Positions 18,407 through 27,838 of a stretch of 64,000 bases of DNA are shown piece after piece. Positions within the stretch are counted from its first letter, which is position 1, and every line of letters starts with the position of its first letter. The notes under the pieces are model-generated. The model saw only the letters and a list, made by a program, of their open reading frames with translations. It was not told the DNA's origin and searched no databases. A program made the position numbers and the translations under genes. The DNA lies in contig JBDIVQ010000004.1 of NCBI GenBank assembly GCA_039794345.1, positions 126 to 64,125 of the forward strand, read 5' to 3'. The DNA is from Phycisphaerae bacterium (GTDB lineage: Bacteria > Planctomycetota > Phycisphaerae > Phycisphaerales > UBA5793).

Positions 18407-19648
18407 ATGGGCCAAGCCGCCGTCAAGCGAATCGAGATCGAGGCGACCGGGCGCCTGCGGGCGCTGATGCGCCGCTACTTTCTCGATCTCGACGAGGCGG
18501 CGAAGGATCCGGGCCGCAGGGTCGCGTGGTGCACTTCGGTGGGTCCGTGCGAGATCCTCGCAGCCTTCGGATTCGCGGTCTACTTCCCGGAGAACCACGG
18601 CGCGCTGCTCGGGGCGAAGAAGATCAGCCACGAGATGATCCCGCGCGCCGCCGGGCTCGGGTACTCGGCGGAGGCGTGCTCCTACATGAACAGCGACATC
18701 GGCTGCGACCTGCTCGGGTGCAGTCCGCTGCGGGAGTTGTACGGCGTTGACGGCCCGCCGCGGCCCGACCTGCTCGTCTACAGCACGAATCAGTGCCGCG
18801 ACGTGCAGGAGTGGTTCCACTACTTCGGGCATCGACACGAGGCGATGGTGGCGGGCCTTCAGCCGCCGCGCCATCTGAGTGAGGTCAAGGCCGAGCATGT
18901 CGCCGACGTGGTGGTCCAACTGGAGCGCCTCATCGAGCAGATCGAGATTCGCTTCGAACTGCGCCTCGACCGCCGCCGCCTGCGCGAGACGGTGGAGCGT
19001 TCGAGTCGTCTGAGCGTTCTCTGGGGCCGCGTGCTCGAGACGGCGCGGCGCCGGCCCAGCCCGCTGACTTTCTGGGACATGCTCATTCACATGGCGCCGG
19101 TGATCCTGATGCGCGGCTCGGAGGAGGCGATCGCCTACTACGAAGCGCTTCTCGCGGAGATGGAGGAGCGCCTCGTGTGCGGCACGGCGGCGGTGCCCGG
19201 GGAGCAGTGGCGCCTCTACTGGGAGGGAATGCCCGTCTGGCCGCGATTGCGCGAGTTGTCGGAGAAGTTCTTCGATCTGCGCGCCGCCGTCGTCGCCAGC
19301 ACCTACTGCAACTCCTGGGCGTTCGAGCCGTACGACGGCGGCGATCCGCTCGAGTGGATGGCGCGCACCAGCCTCGCGATCTTCATCAATCGCGACGAGG
19401 CGAGCAAGGAGCGCTTCCTGGAACGGACCTTCGCCCGCTTTGGCGTGGACGGCGCCATCTTCCACAACGCGCGCACCTGCCCGAACAACACCAACTCGCG
19501 CTACGGGATGCCCGAGCGCCTCCGCGCGCGGCTCAACCTGCCCGTTCTCGTGCTCGACGGCGACCTCTCCGACGTCCGCTTCTTCTCCACCGCCCAGTCG
19601 ATGACCAACATCGAGGCGTTCATCGAGCAGATGGAGGGGCGATCATGA
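18407..19648 (+). CDS. Single-subunit member of the 2-hydroxyacyl-CoA dehydratase / benzoyl-CoA reductase (BcrBC/HgdAB) family
   Basis: 413 aa. N-terminal VAWCTSVGPCEILAAFGFAVYFPENH is typical of the family. Nine Cys. No second catalytic subunit gene next to it. Confidence 0.8.
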   Translation: MGQAAVKRIEIEATGRLRALMRRYFLDLDEAAKDPGRRVAWCTSVGPCEILAAFGFAVYFPENHGALLGAKKISHEMIPRAAGLGYSAEACSYMNSDIGCDLLGCSPLRELYGVDGPPRPDLLVYSTNQCRDVQEWFHYFGHRHEAMVAGLQPPRHLSEVKAEHVADVVVQLERLIEQIEIRFELRLDRRRLRETVERSSRLSVLWGRVLETARRRPSPLTFWDMLIHMAPVILMRGSEEAIAYYEALLAEMEERLVCGTAAVPGEQWRLYWEGMPVWPRLRELSEKFFDLRAAVVASTYCNSWAFEPYDGGDPLEWMARTSLAIFINRDEASKERFLERTFARFGVDGAIFHNARTCPNNTNSRYGMPERLRARLNLPVLVLDGDLSDVRFFSTAQSMTNIEAFIEQMEGRS

Positions 19649-20595
19649 CCGGACGCGTGTTCGTCGGCGTTGATGCCGGCTCTTCGGCGACGAAGTGCGT
19701 GGTGCTCCGCTTCGGGCCCCCGGGCGAAGTCGTCGTGGGGCACGCCGTCACCCCCTCCGGCTTTGACTACGCCGAGGCGTCCGCCCGGGCGCTGCGCGAG
19801 GCGCTCGCGGCGGCGGGGGCGTCGGAGGGGGACATCGCCTCGGGCGTCGCCACCGGCTACGGCCGCGCGGGCGCGCGCCTCCCCGAGGGCGTGCCGCAGC
19901 GCCGCATCACCGAGATCACCTGCCATGCGCGCGGGGCGCGCGAGTGGTACCCCGCCGTCCGCCACGTCATTGACATCGGCGGGCAGGACACCAAGGTCAT
20001 CCGCCTGTGCGATCGCGGGCGCATGGCCGACTACCGCATGAACGCCAAGTGCGCCGCGGGAACGGGGACGTTTCTCGAATCGATCGCGGTGCGGCTCGGC
20101 CTGCCGCTCGCCGAGGTCGATGCCCTCGCGATGCAGTCCACGATGCGCCTCACGCTCAACAGTTACTGCACGGTCTTCACGAGCACGGAGGTGCTCGAGC
20201 GCATCAAGGCGGGCGACGCGAAGGAGGACATCGCGATGGGCATGTTCCGCGCGATCGCCTCGCGGGTGATTGAGATGCTCGCCTCCGGGGGCCGCGACGG
20301 GCCGGTGGCCGCGACGGGGGGCGTCGTCACCTACTGCCGCGCCATGCGCCGCGCGCTCGAAGAGGCGCTTGGGGTGCCGGTGCACCGCCCGCCCCTGCCC
20401 CAGCACGCGGGGGCCTGCGGCGCTGCGCTCCTCGCTGCGGAGGGCGCCGCTGACGGGTCAGCCATCGCGCTGCACGAAGCGCCCGAGGCGCACCGCGCCG
20501 ACCTGCCCGGGCAGTCGTGCTCGTGCGACGGTTCTCCTCGTCGCAACGGCCCGTCGTGCTCGGAAGCATCCTCGATGCGGGGGCGGCCATGCTGA
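19645..20595 (+). CDS. BadF/BadG/BcrA/BcrD/HgdC-type ATPase (electron-transfer activase)
   Basis: ATG 19645 overlaps the upstream stop (ATGA). VGVDAGSSATKCVV, DIGGQDTKVI, and cluster-bridging Cys contexts NAKCAAGTGTFLE and NSYCTVFTSTE. The ~45-aa C-terminal tail is low complexity and may not be real. Confidence 0.85.
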   Translation: MTGRVFVGVDAGSSATKCVVLRFGPPGEVVVGHAVTPSGFDYAEASARALREALAAAGASEGDIASGVATGYGRAGARLPEGVPQRRITEITCHARGAREWYPAVRHVIDIGGQDTKVIRLCDRGRMADYRMNAKCAAGTGTFLESIAVRLGLPLAEVDALAMQSTMRLTLNSYCTVFTSTEVLERIKAGDAKEDIAMGMFRAIASRVIEMLASGGRDGPVAATGGVVTYCRAMRRALEEALGVPVHRPPLPQHAGACGAALLAAEGAADGSAIALHEAPEAHRADLPGQSCSCDGSPRRNGPSCSEASSMRGRPC

Positions 20596-23500
20596 AGCAG
20601 GGGCACCTCGGCGTCTACCCGGCCGGCGCGCTCGGCGTCGCCATGTTCATGCACGCCCATGCCGAATGCCTCATCGGCCGGGCGGGCGGAGGCGTGACGG
20701 AAGATCTCCGCCGCGCGGGGTGTCTGCGGCTCGACGACGGCCAGGCGGTCCGCTCCGTTCCTCTTCGCGGCCGGATCTTCAGCAACCTCCTCGAAGCCGA
20801 CGCGCACGGCGCCGCCCCTGAACTGCTCGTTGTCTGCTGCAACCCCGGGCAACTCGCCGCGTCCACGGCCGAACTCACCCAGTTCGTGTCCAGCCACGCG
20901 CGCCGCGGCCACCTGCGCACCGTCGAGGACATCCGCCGGCGCACGCCGATCCTTCTGCTCCTGCCCAACGGCATCCTCGCGGAGGAGACGATCGAGACCT
21001 ACGGCCGCCAACTGAATGAGAGCCGCCTGCTCGACCGGTTGCCGGGCGTGACCGTGGAGATGATCGACGAACTTCTCTCCCGCGTGGTGCGCGGAGTGTC
21101 GATGCAGGCCGGCGGACGGCGCGGCGCAGGCTCTGAAACCATCTATCTCCTCGAGCGCTGCGGCCAGGTGCTCTTCGCGGGCGGATCGCGCCAGGCGCGC
21201 GAGCGCATCGTGGACATTCTCGCCTCCCACCAGTACCCCGGCCGCCACATCCCCGATGTGCCCGCGACGCGCATCGAGTTCGACAAGGCGATGATCTCGG
21301 CGGTCATCAACGTCGGCGGGCTCATTCACCTTGTCAAGCCCGACGGTGAACTCATCGACCTGCGCATGGGCGATCTCTGCCTCGATCCGACGCACCTCGA
21401 GTTCGTCGAGCGGATCACGCGCGCCGTCTTCGACGTCGGCCGCGCCATCGGCGCCTACGGCCCGGAGGACGCCTACGAGCGCGTCTGGGAGGGGCATCGT
21501 TCGATCATTCTCGCGCACGCCCGGCACGTGACCAGTTCGATCAAGACCTTCCGCGACGCGGCGGCGGCGGGCACGGCGGGGGTGGCGCTCATGACCAACG
21601 AGGAGTGGATCCTCACCCCCCTGCGCCGCTATGCCGTCCGCGCCGGCATGGAAGCGGAGGCGGAACTCTTCCGCTCGCTCGCGCAGCGCGTGCAGGAATC
21701 GATGGCGCGGGCCATCAGGCGGCGCCCCCGCGGCGCCGCCCCGCGTTCGTCCCGACACGGAGATCAGGCCATGAAACTCATCGCCCAGCGCACCATCACC
21801 ATGGAACTGCTCGAGGCCGGGCCGGACGATCTCGCCATCGTCGGCACGCTGCTCGACAGCGAACACCTCATCACCCTCGAACTGACCATCCACCTGCCCG
21901 ACGAGCAGATCACCGCCTCGCGCCTGGACATGATCCGCGTCCCCTACCACGTCTGCCGCGAGGTGGAGAGCGCGGCCGAGTCGCTGGTGGGCCTGCGCGT
22001 TCAGCGGGGGGTGATGAACGAGATCTCCAAGCGCGTGGGCGGCCGCGTGGGCTGCTCGCACCTGCGCGAGATTGCGACGGCGATTGTCTACTACGCCGCC
22101 ACGCACATGGCGAGGCGGCAGGTCGGCCTCGACCTCGCCGGTGGAGAGTCCATCCATCTTCCCGTCGAGGAGAAGTTCCGCCTCTCGCGCGCCCTGCTCA
22201 ACGGCACCTGCCTCGCCTACTGCCAGAGTTCGCCCCTCGAACTCGACAAGCACATGGGTATTCGGCGGATCGGACCGGTCCACGAGTCTCCCGTCCCGCT
22301 CGGCGAGTACGAACCGTCCCTCGGCGTCGTGCTGCGCGAGCGTGCCAAGGAGCACGGCGACAAGGTTCTCCTGCGGCATCGCCCGCGGCGCTTCGAGGCG
22401 CCGCGCGCGGGCGCGCCCGTCGAGTCGCTTTCCTATCACGACTTCGCCTCGACCATCTTCCGGATCGCGCGGCACCTCATCGCCTGCGACGTTCGCCCCG
22501 GAGACCGCATCGCCATGCTCTCGGAGAACCGCGCGGAGATGTTCATGTTCGAGGCGGCGGCGATGTCGATCGGGGCGGTCTCGGTGCCCGTCTACGCCGG
22601 CTATCCCTCCCCCCAGATCAGTTACATCCTCCGCCACTCGCGGCCGCGCATGGCCGTCGTCTCCGGAATGCACCAGCTGGAGAAGATCGACGCCGAGCGC
22701 CATCCCTGGGTGGAGCGGTGGTACTGCATGGACTTCGGCCCCGGACCGGAGCAGTGGGGCGCGCAGGACTTCGCCTCCCTGCTCACGCCCGAGGGCGGCG
22801 CGCTGGTGGAGGAACTCGAAGCGCGCATCGACGCCGTCCGCCCCGACGACCTCTGCATGGTCATGTACACCTCCGGCACCACCGGCCCGCCAAAGGGCGT
22901 TCGCCTGGCGCACCGCAACATCATCTCGCAGCAGAAGGCGATGACTCTCATCTGGGACGTCAGCGCCCGCGATGTCCTGCTGAGTTACCTCCCGTGGCAT
23001 CACAGTTTCGGCGGGCTTTTCGAGCGCTTCATGGCCCTCTACCAGGGCTGCGAACTCTGCCTCGACGATTCCGCCGGGCGCGACGTGGACCGGATGCTCG
23101 AGAACTGGCGGCACTTCCGGCCGACGCTCTTCTTCAGCGTGCCGCGCGTGCACGACCTCCTGCTGGCGCGGTGTCGGCAGGATGAGGCCGCCGGAAACCT
23201 CGTCTTCGGCGGGCGCCTGCGCTTCGTCTTCACCGCCGGCGCCTCGCTGCCGGCGCACGTGGCGCAGATCTACCGCGACCATCGAATCCCCGTGCTCGAG
23301 GGCTGGGGACTCACCGAAACCTCTCCCGCCTGCACCATCACCACGATCGACCGAGAGTGGCGCAGCGGGTATGTCGGCCTCCCGATCCCCGGAGTGAGCA
23401 TTCGCATCGACAGCGACCAGGAGATCCTCGTGCGCGGTCCCAACGTCATGCAGGGCTACCTCGATGACGAGGAGATGACCGCCCGCGTGATCGATGAGGA

Positions 23501-24071
23501 CGGCTGGTTTCACAGCGGCGATCTCGGCGAGTTCCAGAGCGGGACCGGATCGAGCGCCGGGCTGCGCATTCTCGGCCGCCGCGACGGCGCCTTCAAACTG
23601 ACCACCGGCGAAAAAGTCCATCCCCATCGCATCGAGAACCTCCTGGCGGGGGAGTCGCCGTTCATCAACACCGCGGTCGTGCTGGGCAGCGGGCGGGACT
23701 ATGTGGCTGCGCTCATCTTCCCCGACCGTGCGCGGCTGGGTGAATGGGCGCGGGAGCGGGGTCTGGAAGGGGAAGCCGGTGCGGCGCTGCTCGCGCATCC
23801 CGAGGTGTGCGAACTCTTCGCCGCCGAAATCGCCCGCATCAACCCGATGATCGAGGTGAAGTATCAGCGGCCGTCGCGCGTCCTGCTCGTCGATCGCACG
23901 CTCTCGCTGGAGCGCGGCGAACTGACGCCTTCGGGCAAGGTCTGTCGCGAGCGCATCTGCGAGGGGTGCCGGCGCGAGATCGAGATGCTCTTTGCCGATC
24001 CAAGGCCGTCGGCGGTGCTGCCGATCGAGGCGGCTCAGGCGGCGACGGTGCTGGCGGGGAGGGGGGCGTAA
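20589..24071 (+). CDS. Three-domain fusion: PanE/ApbA-like oxidoreductase, DUF2889, AMP-forming long-chain-type acyl-CoA synthetase
   Basis: One uninterrupted frame. N-domain: GVYPAGALGVAMF and TRIEFDKAMISAVINVGG (ketopantoate-reductase-like). Middle domain: HLITLELTIHL, VPYHVCREV, GLRVQRG and GGRVGCSHLREI (DUF2889 pattern). C-domain: MYTSGTTGPPKGV, GWGLTETS, WFHSGDLG and KLTTGEKV. The start is ATG 20589 (7-nt overlap) or 20517. Confidence 0.75.
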   Translation: MLKQGHLGVYPAGALGVAMFMHAHAECLIGRAGGGVTEDLRRAGCLRLDDGQAVRSVPLRGRIFSNLLEADAHGAAPELLVVCCNPGQLAASTAELTQFVSSHARRGHLRTVEDIRRRTPILLLLPNGILAEETIETYGRQLNESRLLDRLPGVTVEMIDELLSRVVRGVSMQAGGRRGAGSETIYLLERCGQVLFAGGSRQARERIVDILASHQYPGRHIPDVPATRIEFDKAMISAVINVGGLIHLVKPDGELIDLRMGDLCLDPTHLEFVERITRAVFDVGRAIGAYGPEDAYERVWEGHRSIILAHARHVTSSIKTFRDAAAAGTAGVALMTNEEWILTPLRRYAVRAGMEAEAELFRSLAQRVQESMARAIRRRPRGAAPRSSRHGDQAMKLIAQRTITMELLEAGPDDLAIVGTLLDSEHLITLELTIHLPDEQITASRLDMIRVPYHVCREVESAAESLVGLRVQRGVMNEISKRVGGRVGCSHLREIATAIVYYAATHMARRQVGLDLAGGESIHLPVEEKFRLSRALLNGTCLAYCQSSPLELDKHMGIRRIGPVHESPVPLGEYEPSLGVVLRERAKEHGDKVLLRHRPRRFEAPRAGAPVESLSYHDFASTIFRIARHLIACDVRPGDRIAMLSENRAEMFMFEAAAMSIGAVSVPVYAGYPSPQISYILRHSRPRMAVVSGMHQLEKIDAERHPWVERWYCMDFGPGPEQWGAQDFASLLTPEGGALVEELEARIDAVRPDDLCMVMYTSGTTGPPKGVRLAHRNIISQQKAMTLIWDVSARDVLLSYLPWHHSFGGLFERFMALYQGCELCLDDSAGRDVDRMLENWRHFRPTLFFSVPRVHDLLLARCRQDEAAGNLVFGGRLRFVFTAGASLPAHVAQIYRDHRIPVLEGWGLTETSPACTITTIDREWRSGYVGLPIPGVSIRIDSDQEILVRGPNVMQGYLDDEEMTARVIDEDGWFHSGDLGEFQSGTGSSAGLRILGRRDGAFKLTTGEKVHPHRIENLLAGESPFINTAVVLGSGRDYVAALIFPDRARLGEWARERGLEGEAGAALLAHPEVCELFAAEIARINPMIEVKYQRPSRVLLVDRTLSLERGELTPSGKVCRERICEGCRREIEMLFADPRPSAVLPIEAAQAATVLAGRGA

Positions 24072-24074
24072 CTC

Positions 24075-25361
24075 ATGGGCGCATGCCGCTCCACAGGCGT
24101 GGTGATCTGCGGCGGGGCGCGGACTCCCGTCGGAATGAAGTGCGGGACGCTGAGCGTCTTCTCCGCCGAGGATCTCGCCGTGCTCGCCGGCGAGGAGGCG
24201 ATCCGGCGCAGCGGCATCGATCGCGCGCGCATTGACGCCGCCGTCGGGGCCAATGTCTACCAGTTCACCGCCCCCGGCGCCCAGGACATCTACTTCCCGC
24301 GAAACGTCGCGCTGCGATGCGGCCTGCGCGAGGAGGTCGGCGCGCTCATGGTGCAGCGCATCTGCGGCTCGGGACTGCAGACGCTGGTCAGCGCCGTGCA
24401 GCAGATCGCCCTGCCCGATTCGATCGACGAGGCGCAGGCCGTGCTCTGCTTCGGCGCCGAGACGATGTCGCGCTGCCCGCGCATCGATCGCACGCCGCGC
24501 CGTTCCGCCTCGAGTTTCTGGGAGTTCGCCCAGCGGGCAGGGCACGGCTCGGCCGACGGCGCGCTCGAGGACTCGATGCTCGCCTCGCTCAATCACGATC
24601 TGGCGCAGACCGCGATGATGCGGACGGCGGACGAATACGGCCATCGCCTCGGCCTGACGCGGCGCGAGTGCGATGAACTGGCGCTCCTGTCGCAGGAGCG
24701 GGCCCGCACCGCGCGGCGCACCAGCCGCGTCAACGGCGGCGATGCGGTCGGCGGCCTCTTTACGCTCGACGCGGTGGATGGTCACGGACGCCGCGTTCAC
24801 CTCGCCCGCGATGAGTGCGTCCGCGAGACATCGATGGATGTCCTGGAGCGGCTTCCGTCGCTGACGGCGCATGGGCTCGTGACGGCGGGCAACGCAAGCG
24901 AGATCGCCGACGGCGCTGCGGCTCTTGTCGTCGCTTCGCGCCGGCGGGCTGAGGAACTCGGGCTCGACGCCCGCTTCGAGATCGCATCCTACGGCATCGC
25001 CGGCGTCGAGCCGCGCGTCATGGGCCGCGGCCCCGTCCCCGCCGTGCGCTGCGCCCTCGATCGCGCCGGCATCGACGTCGGAGATGTGGACCTGTGGGAG
25101 ATCAACGAGGCGTTCGCCGCGCAGTATCTCGGCGTGGAGCGGGAACTCGGCCTGCCGCGCGACCGCGTGAACGTGAACGGCGGCGCCATCGCGATCGGGC
25201 ATCCGCTCGCCGCCTCCGGCGCGCGGCTGGCGGTGGACCTGATCTACGAGATGGAGCGAACCGGGGCCGCGCTCGGCGTCGCCTCCGCCTGCATCGGCGG
25301 GGGACAGGGACTGGCCATGGTCATTCGCAATACGGCCGCCGGCCGGGAGAGGCACGCATGA
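24075..25361 (+). CDS. Acetyl-CoA C-acyltransferase (thiolase)
   Basis: 428 aa with QRICGSGLQT (nucleophilic Cys), NVNGGAIAIGHPLAASGARL and ASACIGGGQGLAMVI. Confidence 0.9.
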   Translation: MGACRSTGVVICGGARTPVGMKCGTLSVFSAEDLAVLAGEEAIRRSGIDRARIDAAVGANVYQFTAPGAQDIYFPRNVALRCGLREEVGALMVQRICGSGLQTLVSAVQQIALPDSIDEAQAVLCFGAETMSRCPRIDRTPRRSASSFWEFAQRAGHGSADGALEDSMLASLNHDLAQTAMMRTADEYGHRLGLTRRECDELALLSQERARTARRTSRVNGGDAVGGLFTLDAVDGHGRRVHLARDECVRETSMDVLERLPSLTAHGLVTAGNASEIADGAAALVVASRRRAEELGLDARFEIASYGIAGVEPRVMGRGPVPAVRCALDRAGIDVGDVDLWEINEAFAAQYLGVERELGLPRDRVNVNGGAIAIGHPLAASGARLAVDLIYEMERTGAALGVASACIGGGQGLAMVIRNTAAGRERHA

Positions 25362-27838
25362 AACGGGCCTTTGCATTCGGCGAGCGCGAGATGGAAGCCG
25401 CGGTGCGGCGCGTCAATGCGCTGCGCACTGTCGCGGTCATCGGCGCGGGGACGATGGGGCGCGGCATCGCCTTCGATCTCCTCCGCAAGACCGCGCTCAA
25501 CGTCCTCCTCCTCGACGTGCGCCCGGAGGCGCTGGAGCAGACCCGCGAGTGGCTGGCCGGCCGCTGGGCGGCGGAGGTGAAGGCCGGCCGCATGCGCGAC
25601 GCCGACGCCCGCTCGCTCGAAGCACGCCTCGCCTGCGCCTCTGCCTACGAAGACCTCCGCGAGTGCGACCTCATCTGGGAGGCGGCGACGGAGCGCGCAG
25701 ACATCAAGGCCGCCATCTTCCGCAGCATTGAGGCCGCTCTCGATCCCGAGCGCCTCGCCGCCGTCTTCTCCAACACCTCCTCGCACACCACCGGCGAACT
25801 CGCCCTGCTCTTTTGCGTCGAAGCCTTCCGGGAGAAACTGCTTACGGTTCACGGCTACTACCCCTTCGAGAGCAACCGGCTGCTCGACGTGATGAAAGGG
25901 CCGTATGCCTCGGCCGAGACCTATGCACTCGGCGTGGTGTTCGGCGAGCAACTCCTCGAGAAGACCGTCATCGCCCTGCCCCGCGATCATCACGGCTACC
26001 TCACCGACCCCATCTTTCAGGCGATGGCGGCGATCGTGTCGTGGGACGTCCGCACCGGCCGCGATCTCCTCTCGCTCGGCGCCGTCTGGGAGCTCTTCAC
26101 CGCCAATCCGTTCAACGTGCTCGACCGCACGGGGCACATGCCCTACACCGAGTCGGGCCGGCACCTCGGGCAGGCGCTGCCCGAGCAGGATCGGCTTCGC
26201 TCGCTCTACCAGCGCGAGGGGCGGCACTACCCGGAGTGGATTGCACGGCTGGAATCAACCGGGCGCACGGGGATCGCGTCGCGCGAGCGCCGCGGCTTCT
26301 TCGCGTGGAGCGGAGGCGAGCGCGCCGAGGCTGAGCAGGTGTATGACCCGGCGAGCGATGCCTACGCGCCCCTCGTCGAACCTTCGCGGCGCGACTTCTG
26401 GTCGTGGTACGAAGCGGCCGAGCGCGACGCCCGCGCCGGCCGTATCCGCAGCGCCGAGTCCATCGTCTTTGTCGCGCAGCACGACGACGCCGGGGGCCGG
26501 GCGTTTCGCCGATACGTCCTGCCGGTCATGCTCTACGCGCTCGACCTGATTCAGGACGGCTTCGCCACGCCGGGGCAGATCAACATCTGCACGCGCGCCG
26601 GTCTGCGCTTCAAGACGGGACTCATCGAAGCGATCGACGCGCTCATGGCGCACCTGACGATCGACGGCCTGCTGCAACTCGTCCGCCGCGCCCGCGACGA
26701 AAACGCGGATGATCCCTTCATGTGCGAGATGCTCGATGCCGACGGGGAGTGCGGCCCGCGCCGGGGCCGGCCGTGCCTCCTGCACGACCTGCGCCGGCGG
26801 CGCGTCGAGTCCCTGCTGGGCTATGGAGGCGCCTACGGCACGCCGGTGGCTGAACTTGACCTCGAGAGCGGCGCCTACCGGCCCTGCTGCGGCGAACTGC
26901 GCCTCTCTGAACCCTCGTCGCGCGACCGCGTCGCGAGCATCGTCTTCAACCACCCCATGCGGGGCAACGTCTTCAATCGCGCGCTCATCGACCAGTTGAC
27001 GTACGCGTTCACCCGTGTGCTCGAAATGCACCGCGCCGGCCGGTGCGGGGCCGTGCTCTTTACCGCGGCGGGAGAAGGCATGCGCCTCCTCGGCGCTGAT
27101 GCGCGGGAGTTCAATCGCGGCTGGTTCGAGCGGGAGAAGGGGTACTGTCCGCTGAGCGAAGAGGAGGCGGCGGCGTCGAGCCGAAACGCCGTGCGCCTGT
27201 TCCGGCTCATTCAGCGCAGTCCGGTGGCGAGCCTCGGCGTGTTCGGGGAGAAGTGGGGCGGCGGCGCGGAGTTCACCTACTACCTCGATCTGCGCTACGA
27301 CGTGCGCCTGACCGGACTGGTCTTCGATCCGGTGACCCGTTCGTCGCAGTGGATGGCGAAGACGACGTACAACCAGCCCGAACTGCACTACGCCATTCTT
27401 CCCGGGTTCGGCGCGGCCGGGGAACTGCGCCGCCTGGGAATGGGCGACTCAGTCATCTTCGAGTTGTTCGATCAGGGATTGACGGCCGATCGCGCCCACC
27501 AGGTCGGCCTCTCCAACGCGGTCTTCGATGATGAACACGAGGCGCTGAGGCACGGCTACGAGCGGCTGCGGCAGATGGCCAAGGACCCGCCCTGGTCCCG
27601 CGCGCTGTTCAAGAAGGAACTCGCCCGCGCCGCCGATGACGAGGAACTGGCCCGCGAGACGGGAGAGACCTTCAACCCGCGCAAGAACCCCTACATCCGC
27701 ACCGGACTGCTCCGCCTGCTCGACCGCTCCGTCCGGCCGCCGCAGATGAACTACGAGGTGAACGGCGTCGAACTGCCGGGGTGGACGTACCCGGCCGACG
27801 CCGCCTTTGCGCCCGCACGCATCGAGGAGTCTCCATGA
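25358..27838 (+). CDS. Bifunctional 3-hydroxyacyl-CoA dehydrogenase / enoyl-CoA hydratase
   Basis: ATG 25358 overlaps the thiolase stop (ATGA). 826 aa. N-terminal Rossmann motif VAVIGAGTMGRGIA. C-terminal crotonase fold VASIVFNHPMRGNVFN and LGADAREF. Confidence 0.85.
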   Translation: MKRAFAFGEREMEAAVRRVNALRTVAVIGAGTMGRGIAFDLLRKTALNVLLLDVRPEALEQTREWLAGRWAAEVKAGRMRDADARSLEARLACASAYEDLRECDLIWEAATERADIKAAIFRSIEAALDPERLAAVFSNTSSHTTGELALLFCVEAFREKLLTVHGYYPFESNRLLDVMKGPYASAETYALGVVFGEQLLEKTVIALPRDHHGYLTDPIFQAMAAIVSWDVRTGRDLLSLGAVWELFTANPFNVLDRTGHMPYTESGRHLGQALPEQDRLRSLYQREGRHYPEWIARLESTGRTGIASRERRGFFAWSGGERAEAEQVYDPASDAYAPLVEPSRRDFWSWYEAAERDARAGRIRSAESIVFVAQHDDAGGRAFRRYVLPVMLYALDLIQDGFATPGQINICTRAGLRFKTGLIEAIDALMAHLTIDGLLQLVRRARDENADDPFMCEMLDADGECGPRRGRPCLLHDLRRRRVESLLGYGGAYGTPVAELDLESGAYRPCCGELRLSEPSSRDRVASIVFNHPMRGNVFNRALIDQLTYAFTRVLEMHRAGRCGAVLFTAAGEGMRLLGADAREFNRGWFEREKGYCPLSEEEAAASSRNAVRLFRLIQRSPVASLGVFGEKWGGGAEFTYYLDLRYDVRLTGLVFDPVTRSSQWMAKTTYNQPELHYAILPGFGAAGELRRLGMGDSVIFELFDQGLTADRAHQVGLSNAVFDDEHEALRHGYERLRQMAKDPPWSRALFKKELARAADDEELARETGETFNPRKNPYIRTGLLRLLDRSVRPPQMNYEVNGVELPGWTYPADAAFAPARIEESP

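Noticed and set aside
17255-19465. 736-aa minus-strand ORF. The same class includes 4819..6321(+), 10513..11826(+), 39265..41478(+), 43429..45288(+), 46582..48093(+) and 52213..54609(+).
   Set aside because: All lie antisense to genes with clear family signatures (Zn-ADH, ABC ATPase, Mo enzyme, murF, thrS, accA, secreted paralog). All show the shadow-ORF composition.
20517-20588. Earlier start for the three-domain fusion, as listed in the ORF track
   Set aside because: It would overlap the ATPase gene by 79 nt. ATG 20589 gives a 7-nt overlap and a Rossmann-like N-terminus. The earlier start is not excluded, because the ATPase C-terminal tail itself looks low-complexity.
20331-25376. 1681-aa minus-strand ORF, the longest in the window
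   Set aside because: It lies antisense to the ligase fusion, thiolase and ATPase genes, all of which carry unambiguous catalytic motifs. Its own translation is low-complexity A/G/R/D/H/E with no motif.
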